Shown: positions 49,041-57,935 of the stretch, in pieces
Layout: each line of letters starts with the position of its first letter
How positions within the stretch are numbered: the first letter of the stretch is position 1
NCBI GenBank assembly: GCA_037308085.1
Contig: CP147779.1
Span: 2,272,001 to 2,336,000 of the forward strand
Reading direction: 5' to 3'
DNA: 64,000 bases
Source of the DNA: Promethearchaeati archaeon SRVP18_Atabeyarchaeia-1
Lineage (GTDB): Archaea > Asgardarchaeota > Atabeyarchaeia > Atabeyarchaeales > Atabeyarchaeaceae
Program-made: the position numbers and the translations under genes
Notes under the pieces: generated by a model
Told to the model about the DNA's origin: nothing
Databases searched by the model: none
What the model saw: only the letters and a program-made list of their open reading frames with translations

Positions 49041-49634
49041 CTATACTGTATATCTGAATTCACAGTTTGGGTCACCTTTTGCGCAACACTTCGATTCAAC
49101 AAATCCTACTTTTCTGCCAAGAACGCCTTCTAGAGTGCCAGCGATATTTCCACCAAGGAAGTAACATACACTCTGTCCCAAGTCTCCGACTCCATAGCAT
49201 ATGGCACACTCTTCAACCTGAACCACAATCAGCTTGTTCTTCTCAAATTCGCTTAACGTTAGGAGACCCTGGCGAGTTGTTTCTGCAAAAATCTGAAGAG
49301 TCGTAAACTCATCTGAAAGCCTAGCCTCCTCCAAGTTATTGGCATCAGCAATGCTACGAAAACCCGGTTGTTTCCGTACCTCGGGCCACATTTCCTCGAG
49401 CATGTAGGTTGCGGGTCTCCTGCCTGCCTCAAAAAGGATTGGTCCCATAGACCTGCTGAGAGACAAGGCACCAAGCATGCGTTCCTGGTAGGATAATAGG
49501 TCAACCGAGTCCCCAAGTTTTTCACGAATTCCGATCTTGCTAGGTGAACTTAGCAATTTCTCAAACTGCATTCTTGCCATGGCCTTGAGGACCTTCTCGG
49601 CGATCGTGAGCAGACAACCTCCCCCAATAATCAA
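49041..49634 (-). CDS. V4R-domain protein
   Basis: EECAIC...VCYFLGGNIAG...ESKCCAKGDPNCEF. Confidence 0.88.
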   Translation of the reverse strand: MIIGGGCLLTIAEKVLKAMARMQFEKLLSSPSKIGIREKLGDSVDLLSYQERMLGALSLSRSMGPILFEAGRRPATYMLEEMWPEVRKQPGFRSIADANNLEEARLSDEFTTLQIFAETTRQGLLTLSEFEKNKLIVVQVEECAICYGVGDLGQSVCYFLGGNIAGTLEGVLGRKVGFVESKCCAKGDPNCEFRYTV

Positions 49635-49663
49635 TCCAATCGATTAGCTATTAGCGTTGTATT

Positions 49664-50245
49664 TCATGAAATGCTACACCTGAATTCACAATAGGAATCT
49701 CCTTTAGCTTGGCATAGTGATTCGACGAAGCCGACGTTTTTTCCAATTACGACCTCCATTGCGCCAGCGAGCTGACCTCCGAGATAGTAACATACGCTTT
49801 CTCCGAGGTTAGGGAGCCCAGTGCAGGACACACATTCTTCAACTTGGAAAATGAGGAGTTTCCCTTTTTCGTATCTGACCATGTTTATAATCCCCGTACC
49901 AGTCATCTGATACATTGCTTGAACAATCGACCACTCAGTAGAGCGTTGGGCTTCCTGCAGCGTACTAGACTTATTGATACTCTGATAGTTTGGCAGCTTC
50001 TGTATCATGGATAGGGATTTCGTGGAGAGAGCCCTTCCAACTTTCTTTCCAGCTTCTGCTAGTACCGGTCCCATGGATTTGCTTAGAGCGAGTACTCCTA
50101 TCACGCGTTCTTGGTATGCCCACATGTCTATGAAATTGCCGAGCCTTTTGCGGAGCCTAGCGTTGACCTTTGGGTTCTCTATCAGTCTTTCAAACTGCCT
50201 TTCAGCTAACGCATCTAGAATATCGTCCGCTTTCAATTGAACCAC
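49664..50245 (-). CDS. V4R-domain protein
   Basis: EECVSC...VCYYLGGQLAG...ESLCQAKGDSYCEF. Confidence 0.88.
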   Translation of the reverse strand: MVQLKADDILDALAERQFERLIENPKVNARLRKRLGNFIDMWAYQERVIGVLALSKSMGPVLAEAGKKVGRALSTKSLSMIQKLPNYQSINKSSTLQEAQRSTEWSIVQAMYQMTGTGIINMVRYEKGKLLIFQVEECVSCTGLPNLGESVCYYLGGQLAGAMEVVIGKNVGFVESLCQAKGDSYCEFRCSIS

Positions 50246-50281
50246 GTCACTCCTTCCATGTTTTGATGTCCTTCCCTACTT

Positions 50282-50866
50282 CTAGCTTTCCCTAATCAAT
50301 CTGTTTAGATTCTCGATTTCCCTTCTATACTTGGTCCGCAGTTCTGGATCGTCTGCAAGATGTCCCCTGTTCTCGGCAGCTTTATTGATTAGATTAGTGA
50401 GTGAATCCTTCCGAGTCGTGAGTTCCGACGCGAGGAGTTTCGTTAGTCTCTGGCCCAGTCTTATGGGCGTCCTCACCGCGTCTTGGGTTTTGACTGGGGC
50501 GTAAGGTGGCTCACTGCTCTTCTGCGAGATAGGATCATCTTCACAAATCGCGGAATTTGGGAACTTGTCCATGTCGTTTTCAGCGAATGCATTCCTCACG
50601 TTCTCATGGAACCCCGAAGTACTATCCTCGTCGTGAGAAGCATCGACCAAAGCCGCGAAGATCAGTGATGGAGATTCGTTGAAGGCAGACTTTGAGGTTC
50701 CTGATGCCATGATTCTTATGTCAACGCCGCGAATCTCTTTCATGAACGCGATCATCGCCTTGAGGAGACCACTAACAAGGTAGCAGTTCACAAGTGTCGT
50801 CCTGAAACCCTCATGGTAGATGCAGATTCCATTCTTCTCTGAGACAACGCATGGTCCATGGGTCAT
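50282..50866 (-). CDS. longin-domain protein (possibly decaying)
   Basis: KNGICIYH...LVSGLLKAMIAFMKEI...LIFAALVD longin pattern. Confidence 0.62.
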   Translation of the reverse strand: MTHGPCVVSEKNGICIYHEGFRTTLVNCYLVSGLLKAMIAFMKEIRGVDIRIMASGTSKSAFNESPSLIFAALVDASHDEDSTSGFHENVRNAFAENDMDKFPNSAICEDDPISQKSSEPPYAPVKTQDAVRTPIRLGQRLTKLLASELTTRKDSLTNLINKAAENRGHLADDPELRTKYRREIENLNRLIRES

Positions 50867-51197
50867 ATATTATCACGACACAGTGATCTTAGCGATCATA
50901 CAGCAATCGCGATTTACCCCCCCAAGACTTCCTTACCCATGCAAAGTGGCCCGGTGCCGAGGGAAAACTACAGGAAGTAGCATCTACCTGGTAACAATAG
51001 GCAGAAGCAACGATAAAAACGTTGCGAGGTCATTGTGAGATCCACAATCTCCCCCATGATATTGTGGGATAAGCAGCATAGTTCACCTGCCCTTTTATCG
51101 GAATTGGTAGCATGGATGCTGCTTGGGCCCTCATCTTCGTACTTGAGGCTGGTGGGCGCAAAGCATGGACCAATAACGAGGAAGGGATTAAGAGGTA

Positions 51198-51480
51198 ATG
51201 AACAAACCGAAATACGGTGAGAAGGTCTCCACCGGGATTCCTGGGCTGGACGAACTCATCGAAGGCGGGTTCACGGAGACCGCCGAAGGGTCGTCAGATC
51301 TCAGCGGGCCTGGCGTCGAGAAATTTCTAGCCACTGGCATAGTTTCTCCAACATTAGAATCTAGGGGCAATGAACTCCAGAAAGATCGCAATACGGAAGA
51401 TGAGAGCGGTCACGCACAGCTTGAAGGAATTTGAGCTGTTCATCACTGAACTGGGGATTGCCGTTATGCCAATTCAAGGA
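51198..51480 (+). pseudogene. internally deleted, frameshifted KaiC-like remnant
   Basis: KVSTGIPGLDELIEGGF joined almost directly to GVEKFLATGIV; C-terminal RKIAIRKMRAVTHSLKEFELFITELGI lies in another frame. Confidence 0.8.
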
Positions 51481-51693
51481 ATTACATTAATCATCCTTTT
51501 CATGGATCTTCTTCAGGGGTTCTCTGCCAAACGTGAAGAGGTTGCCGATATCGGTCGAGTTGCGACAGTCGCACGAGGACCGGAGATTCATGCGCCGAAT
51601 AAGAATAGACCTTTAGTCGACTGCGACCACTATGGTAATTAGTGCCGTGGGCAATGGAGTCGTCTCACTAGCAGGCAGGAGCATCTGGCTAGG

Positions 51694-52509
51694 ATGATAA
51701 AAGCGGTTTGGATCCTATTGGACATCGGCCCGTGCCTGTACAGGTACGCTGCAGAGAAGCGATTCCAGGAGACAGATGAGAATCTCTTCTCAGGTTTCTT
51801 TGTTGCTTTGGAGACCTTCGCAAAAAGCATTGGCAGCGAGGAAGTCTTGAGAGTCGAACTGAGAGACTTGGCTCTTTGGTTCATGAAGGAAGCCAACGTC
51901 GTCTTCGTTGTGGCATCCGACAGAAGCGAGGATATGACTGAGATTCTGTTGAAGGTCAGTCGAGTGTTCAGTGAGGCTGCTCCAGATCTCCGTGCCCCTT
52001 TCTATAATCCACTTATCTCATCTGATGTGGCGGCACTCGAACAGAGGATTGATTCCAAAATCAGGGAGGTAATTCTATCACCAGTACCACCAGTTGGGGG
52101 GCTTGCCGAACAACTTGCCAAGGTAAAGGATGCGGTGACTTCGGCACTGCGCAAACCTCGCCCAGCCAAGCAGTCTGTCATAGCTGTGCAGGCTATCAGG
52201 CCAATTGAGGAGACAATTCCAGAACCCACTGAACCCAAGACAACTCAGCAACATGTTAGAGTGACGGGGGAGATGATTCCGAAACTGGAAAGGCCCCTAA
52301 CAGATGTTCTTAGAGAGAGGGAAAGACTCGTCAAGCGCTTCGGGGTTGCAGCGGTAGACATATTACATCATGCTGATGGCAAAATGACAGTGAGCGAAAT
52401 AGTAGCGGCGTCGAAGGCAGAGAAGAGTACGATTGAGGACGTTCTGAGTTTTGCTCAGAAGTTGGGGATTGTTGAATTCAAACAGAAAAAGCAGTATGCA
52501 AGCCCCTGA
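51694..52509 (+). CDS. longin domain plus C-terminal winged-helix protein
   Basis: MIKAVWILLDIGPCLY...DENLFSGFFVALETFAKSIG; tail ILHHADGKMTVSEIV...LGIVEF. Confidence 0.75.
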   Translation: MIKAVWILLDIGPCLYRYAAEKRFQETDENLFSGFFVALETFAKSIGSEEVLRVELRDLALWFMKEANVVFVVASDRSEDMTEILLKVSRVFSEAAPDLRAPFYNPLISSDVAALEQRIDSKIREVILSPVPPVGGLAEQLAKVKDAVTSALRKPRPAKQSVIAVQAIRPIEETIPEPTEPKTTQQHVRVTGEMIPKLERPLTDVLRERERLVKRFGVAAVDILHHADGKMTVSEIVAASKAEKSTIEDVLSFAQKLGIVEFKQKKQYASP

Positions 52510-52930
52510 GAGAACGAGCCCAGGGTTTTTTGCCCAGCCTTATGATCTTACGAGTCATGCTTGGCGTCGTTACTTCTAGTCCACAGAGTTATACAAGCTG
52601 CAGGCCTTGCCAGCACCTTTGTTGGGAGAGGGCACTGCTAGTAGCAGTCTAAACTCTGAGATCAGGTTGCCGAGGTCATCAACTGAAGGAATCCGAAAGC
52701 GGGGAGGGGCATGAAGAGGTCATACATTGGGGTCTTCAGAGTTCTCACGAGAGTCTTCCCTTGGGTTTGGGACGGACTAGAAATAGAGGGTTCGGATCCT
52801 GGGCACTTTGCTCGGAACCTGTGGGAACCCTTTTCATTCATCTTACTTCAGCCATCGACTCGGATCCAGAGCACTTAAGCGAGTTCCTGTAACTCTTCCC
52901 TTTTTCTTGATTTTCTTGGACTTCTATGTC

Positions 52931-53914
52931 TCATGCCTTCCATTTCTTTATGGTTACCCTTGTTCCTCTGCCGACCTCAGTTTCGATGCTGAACTCATCC
53001 ATGAGACGCTTCGCGCCACCAAGCCCTATTCCCAGACCCCTCTTGGTGCTGAAACCACCTTCGAGGGCCTTCTCAACATCTGCGATCCCAGGTCCGCTAT
53101 CGTCTGCAATTATCACGATGCCCACTCTGTCACCCTCCTCAATGGGTTTAATGGCTATCCTACCGGCTCCATGAGCATGAGCCACGATGTTCTTTGCGAG
53201 TTCAGAAGTCGAGATTGCAATCTTGCTTTGGTCGGCTTCCGAGAAGCCTAGTTTCTTCGCCAGGTCCTCCGCTTTCTCAGCCGCGGTCATTGCACGGGCA
53301 TCACTTGAGGCATCCACCCCTTCAACAATGGATCCGAATTCCTCCTCGTTCTCAACCGCGATGGCTATGGTGGCATCATCGTTTCTATTCCCCCATTCGT
53401 CCAGGATTCTTTCAGCAACGAATTGTGGTTGTTCGTAGGCCAGGGGATAATCGGATAAACTAAACCGCCCGGAAACCCCATCTGAATAAAGAACTACCGC
53501 TCTGAGTGTGTCGTATGTGTATCCGAATTTCATAATCTTCCTAGCATTTACTCCGAGTATACCATCTAGCGAGGTAGGATGCATCGGGGGCTCGGCAACT
53601 ATTGATACATCGACATTCCCAATGCCACAAAAAATGAGTCGGTGTGCAGTTCTATCAATCCTTACTGCCCCTGCGACCACGCCTCTCGTCCCACGTAAAT
53701 GGGTATGAAGACTTGAAACGATCTGTTCGACGTCTCTCGTGTGATTCTCTAACACATATTGTCTTGCCTTAGTAGACGCAACCGCTGCTTCTTCCCCGTG
53801 ACCGAGTCCGTCTATTACGACGAGAAGCGTCTGCCCATTCCATTCCTTTACGAGATAATCGTCACCATTTGTATTCTGGTCTAATGCCGGTCTGGATGCA
53901 ATACCTAATTTCAA
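52931..53914 (-). CDS. RsbX-like PP2C phosphatase fused to a C-terminal RsbT-like kinase
   Basis: NGD, IDGLGHG, YSDG, DDAT; then SELAKNI, DSGPGI, GFST..GLGIGLGGAKRLMDEF. Confidence 0.9.
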   Translation of the reverse strand: MKLGIASRPALDQNTNGDDYLVKEWNGQTLLVVIDGLGHGEEAAVASTKARQYVLENHTRDVEQIVSSLHTHLRGTRGVVAGAVRIDRTAHRLIFCGIGNVDVSIVAEPPMHPTSLDGILGVNARKIMKFGYTYDTLRAVVLYSDGVSGRFSLSDYPLAYEQPQFVAERILDEWGNRNDDATIAIAVENEEEFGSIVEGVDASSDARAMTAAEKAEDLAKKLGFSEADQSKIAISTSELAKNIVAHAHGAGRIAIKPIEEGDRVGIVIIADDSGPGIADVEKALEGGFSTKRGLGIGLGGAKRLMDEFSIETEVGRGTRVTIKKWKA

Positions 53915-54117
53915 GCGTTCTTCACACCCACTACGAGTTTCCTGCCGTCGGACGAGCTCATTCCTAAACTGTCACCTGTATTGTTGCCTGCTTACGAGAA
54001 TGGGTTCTGGATTCCATACCTCAAGTCCATGATCCCTGTCAATTATCTTTTACCGGGGTGAAGAGGAGATCTCTCGGCTTCCGAGCTCGAAGGAAGTTAT
54101 CTCCAGCTCTCCCTACT

Positions 54118-55074
54118 CTATTGTTTCTTGCTCAGCCTCAGCCCGAGTTTCTCGTACGCGTATTCTAGTCCTTCTCGCAACGTCCTGCGTGTCACGATGC
54201 CCTGCAGTTCCACACCGAGCTCCACTAGCGTAGCTGCCACATCCGGCCTAACCCCCGCGATGATCATCTCTGAGCCCATCAACCTCACGGCTTGGATCGT
54301 GCGCAGAATATGATTGGCTGCCTTCGTGTCAATCGCTGCGATGCCGCTAATATCCATAATGACGATCTCACTCTTAGCTCGTACAATGTACTCCAAGACA
54401 GATTCAGTGAACTGCCTCGCACGAGCAGAATCAAGAATACCTATCAGCGGCAGCATCACAATGCTCTCCCAGACCTCAACGATAGGAGTAGAGAGTCTTC
54501 TGATCATCTCGTCCCTTTCCTTGAGTTCATCCATGTTCCTTTTGGCTTTAATCTCCATCCGATTGCGCATTAACGCTTCGACGATGCTCACGGAGAGGGT
54601 CTCCACAGCCCCCTGATCAGTGGGATCATAGCCTGACTCCTTGTTGGCCAAAGCAATCATACCGATCGTCTTACCAGCATATTTCAACGGGACGCCCAGG
54701 AAAGAGGCTATCGGTGGATGCCCTTTAGGAGTTCCAACCCAATCGGGGTGTGTCGAAGGGTCATTGGTTATCATAGATCTCTCATCTTTCAGTACTCTCC
54801 CCCAGATCCCCCGGATCTCCAAGTTCCTAAGCAACCTCGCGGCTTCCGATCCCGGCATCCTACACTCAGCCCAACCTGGGTCACTCAAAGCAATACAGTC
54901 ATAACGACCAACTTGATTCACTTCACCTATGAAACCGAACTTGCTACCGGTCAAGCTCTCGGCAACGGCAAGGCAGGTCTTGCAGAGTTGCTCTTCTGTT
55001 TCACATGTCAACGTTTCCCTGAGAATCCTGTTTACCCCCTCCAGAATGTCGCTCCTATCAATGTCTTTTCTCAC
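54118..55074 (-). CDS. RsbR paralog: GAF sensor plus STAS
   Basis: GAF (FGFIGEV, PKGHPPIASFLGVPL, GMIALAN); STAS (LSTPIVEVW, PLIGILDSARA, DISGIAAIDT). Confidence 0.9.
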   Translation of the reverse strand: MRKDIDRSDILEGVNRILRETLTCETEEQLCKTCLAVAESLTGSKFGFIGEVNQVGRYDCIALSDPGWAECRMPGSEAARLLRNLEIRGIWGRVLKDERSMITNDPSTHPDWVGTPKGHPPIASFLGVPLKYAGKTIGMIALANKESGYDPTDQGAVETLSVSIVEALMRNRMEIKAKRNMDELKERDEMIRRLSTPIVEVWESIVMLPLIGILDSARARQFTESVLEYIVRAKSEIVIMDISGIAAIDTKAANHILRTIQAVRLMGSEMIIAGVRPDVAATLVELGVELQGIVTRRTLREGLEYAYEKLGLRLSKKQ

Positions 55075-55204
55075 CTCTTTCTCACCACCCTAGTTCTATC
55101 AGAAATCCGGTCTGAGAAACAATCCAAGCTTCTTTCCATAATCAGATCACGTTGCCACAAAACCGCGACAGAAGTCTGGGAGCAGTATGAAATCCGAAGC
55201 ACCC

Positions 55205-55609
55205 TCATAACCACTTTCTTATCGTTACTTCAGTACCTTCTCCGACCTTGGTCTTGATGTCGAACTCATTCATTAGTTTCTTGCTGCCTGAGAGGCCCAT
55301 GCCCAGCCCTCTGCTTGTGCTGTGACCCCCTTTCAGGGCCGATTCGAGATCTCTTATACCAGGTCCGTGATCCTCGACAACAATCTCTATTCCACGTCTT
55401 CCTTGTCTGTCGACCGGTCTGATCGTCACCATCCCCTTGCCTGCGTACTGGAAGGCGTTTCTGGCAAGCTCGGATACTGCGGTTGCTATCCTCGTTTGGT
55501 CCATGTAGTTGAACCCCATGGCTTCCGCTATCGCCTTCGCCTTGACTCTAGCTATCACTATATCAGCCTCGCTCGTGACTTCTAAGGCCACAATCGACAC
55601 CTGCACCAT
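55205..55609 (-). CDS. rsbT: stressosome switch kinase RsbT
   Basis: DIVIAR, DQTRIATAVSELARN, DHGPGI, GLGMGLSGSKKLMNEF. Confidence 0.93.
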   Translation of the reverse strand: MVQVSIVALEVTSEADIVIARVKAKAIAEAMGFNYMDQTRIATAVSELARNAFQYAGKGMVTIRPVDRQGRRGIEIVVEDHGPGIRDLESALKGGHSTSRGLGMGLSGSKKLMNEFDIKTKVGEGTEVTIRKWL

Positions 55610-55611
55610 AG

Positions 55612-55986
55612 TTACGGTCTCCCTGCCTGACGAAGGATCTCCATACCTTTCTCAAGATCTCTCGCTGTGTGAACTTTTTCTAGCGAGAACCCCATTTCCA
55701 CCAGCGTCATCGCAACGTCGGGTCTTAGACCGGTAATTACAACTTGGGCGCCCATTATATTCGCAGCTGTCGCGATCTCACCTATTTGTCGCACAAGGAA
55801 GCTGTCCACAATATCTATCGCGCTCACGTCGAGGACAAGCCCTTTCGCCTTCGTTTCGACGATTCTCTGAAGTATTTCATCTTTGTACTTCACAGCCAGT
55901 CTGTCATGGAGCGGCACCTGCGGAGAGGTGATTAGAAATTCTCCTGACTTCAAGATTGGAATGGTAACTTTCTCCAAACCTATCAT
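55612..55986 (-). CDS. rsbS: stressosome scaffold RsbS (STAS)
   Basis: IPILK, LDVSAIDIVDSF (phospho-Ser), GLRPDVAMTLVEMG. Confidence 0.92.
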   Translation of the reverse strand: MIGLEKVTIPILKSGEFLITSPQVPLHDRLAVKYKDEILQRIVETKAKGLVLDVSAIDIVDSFLVRQIGEIATAANIMGAQVVITGLRPDVAMTLVEMGFSLEKVHTARDLEKGMEILRQAGRP

Positions 55987-56828
55987 CTCGCACTAGTCCT
56001 AGTCAGTTTCAATCCCAGCTTCGCGTATGCATACTCAAGCCCATCTCTCAACGTGCTACGCGAAACGATGCCCGATAAGTCGATGCCAAGCGTCACGAGA
56101 GTTACTGCGACATCAGGTCTAATACCAGTAACCACGACCTCTGAACCCATTAGTCTCACAGCTTGTATTGTCCGAAGGATGTGACTGGCCACCTTTGTAT
56201 CGATCGCGGTGATGCCACTGATGTCCATGACGACGACTTCTGTCTTTGATCGCATTATGTTCTCCAGAATCAACTCAGTGAGCTGCTTTGCACGAGAAGA
56301 ATCAAGAATCCCTATCAGAGGTACCATCGCGATGCCTTCCCAAGCGCTGACGATAGGTATGAGCAGTCTCAGGCCCATCTCTTGTTGCTTGATGACGGAT
56401 TCCTTTTCGGTGACGAATGCGGAGGCTACAATGTTCAGGATTTTGCGTGCCACTGGCTCGTAGACGGCAATAACCGCACTGCACGTTTCTGGGTCTTTAT
56501 AGTTATTTTCAAAGATGAACCGACCGTACAGGTCTCTCAGAATCAGGAAGCCTGCGATTATCTGCTCAACCGTCATCGATGCCAGAACTCCTTTCTTAGC
56601 AACATTCGCTGCATATCTTTGGGCTGATTCGTATGATCCAGTCTTCAAGCACAATAGGCATTCGTTGTAGATCGCTCTCGACTCCTCCTCTATCTCCCTG
56701 GGGGAGAGGGACACGAGTAGACCAGATTGTCGCATTTCATTGATCCACCGCGACCTGATCTCGTCTGCATTCTGCTCCAGCAGATTACTTAAAGTCCTTA
56801 CAAGTTCCTGGCTATTCTTCTTCGACAT
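55983..56828 (-). CDS. rsbR: stressosome protein RsbR (helical N-domain plus STAS)
   Basis: helical N-terminus (IRSRWINEM); PLIGILDSSRA, DISGITAIDTKVA. Confidence 0.9.
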   Translation of the reverse strand: MSKKNSQELVRTLSNLLEQNADEIRSRWINEMRQSGLLVSLSPREIEEESRAIYNECLLCLKTGSYESAQRYAANVAKKGVLASMTVEQIIAGFLILRDLYGRFIFENNYKDPETCSAVIAVYEPVARKILNIVASAFVTEKESVIKQQEMGLRLLIPIVSAWEGIAMVPLIGILDSSRAKQLTELILENIMRSKTEVVVMDISGITAIDTKVASHILRTIQAVRLMGSEVVVTGIRPDVAVTLVTLGIDLSGIVSRSTLRDGLEYAYAKLGLKLTRTSAR

Positions 56829-56980
56829 CCCACTCTCATCTCCATAGTCATTTGCGTCATAATCACTTTAGAACCTTTTACATTCCTTTCTGCGTGGAAA
56901 GAAATCCTTGAAAACCTGAATAATATAGGCAATTTCTCCACTCCTGCTCCATCTGTGCCTAGAACAAGCCTGGTTGTCCT

Positions 56981-57544
56981 TCATAGTCTGATCACCTCAT
57001 CGCAGAATTGTCTTACCGTCGAGAGGACATTCCCTTCAACTGAACCCTCAACCGCGAAAATCGCACCGTCAAACCCGAGAACCCTAAGACGGCCAACCAG
57101 GAAGTGAAGGAAATGAAGCAGCGCGCCCGAGCTATTGTAGACTAATAGAGTTGAGAGTGAGTCGATTAATAGCCATGAGTCATCTCTCTTGCAGTTTAGT
57201 AGTTCGACAGCCTTCTCGAAAGCCATCTGCGTGGCTGACAACTCAGAGGGTGATGCTACGTTGAGGCTACCTTTCACCTCACTAGACCCGACACTCTTCG
57301 ACACGAGATCTATGACGTAGGTTTTCTCAGTCTCAAGAGACTCTCTTAGGTCAAACCCGTAGACCCTCAGCTTTTCGACAAGATCCTTTGTCGACCTATT
57401 TGAGGAGACGTAGATCCCTTTATCATCCTGCCTATACCTTAAGAAGTCTGCCACAATCTTCATCGGGTTCTCACTGACAGGAACCTCCAGTAGCACGACG
57501 GACTTGGGCACAACGCGTTTAAGCCTGTCCTCAAGTTTCACCAT
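56981..57544 (-). CDS. inactivated KaiC/RecA-fold protein
   Basis: no Walker A; LLIDSLSTLLVYN, FLHFL, QFCDEVIRL. Confidence 0.75.
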   Translation of the reverse strand: MVKLEDRLKRVVPKSVVLLEVPVSENPMKIVADFLRYRQDDKGIYVSSNRSTKDLVEKLRVYGFDLRESLETEKTYVIDLVSKSVGSSEVKGSLNVASPSELSATQMAFEKAVELLNCKRDDSWLLIDSLSTLLVYNSSGALLHFLHFLVGRLRVLGFDGAIFAVEGSVEGNVLSTVRQFCDEVIRL

Positions 57545-57563
57545 TTGAATATCGTACCTCGTG

Positions 57564-57881
57564 TCAAATCATTGATCTCTTCTTAATCTCCTCAATAGCG
57601 GTTTGCAACTCCATATCCTTGAGAAGAGCGTAATCCACATTTAGCTTATCACACAATGTCTTCAGAACCAGTCCGTCTATGACTTTGGCCCCCAGCTTGA
57701 AGATGTCTTTGATCGCTGTGGCAAAGTCTTCAAGCCTTTTCGGGATCTGGTCCTTCCTAAGTGAGAGGGCGGCCGCCAGGTAAGTGTACAGGAGCGATCT
57801 AGTACTCTCACCCAAATTCAACATCGCATCGTCTATTGAACTGAGCAGGAGTTCCTCAAAGCTATTTGGTTCGCTACTCAA
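57564..57881 (-). CDS. small helical protein of the type often found next to archaeal KaiC/sensor genes
   Basis: LLSSIDDAMLNLGES...IPKRLEDFATAIKDIFKLGAKVI. Confidence 0.7.
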   Translation of the reverse strand: MSSEPNSFEELLLSSIDDAMLNLGESTRSLLYTYLAAALSLRKDQIPKRLEDFATAIKDIFKLGAKVIDGLVLKTLCDKLNVDYALLKDMELQTAIEEIKKRSMI

Positions 57882-57935
57882 CTAGCTACCTCCCTACGTT
57901 CGCTGCTTGAAGATACGATAGATTAAACCAGATTA

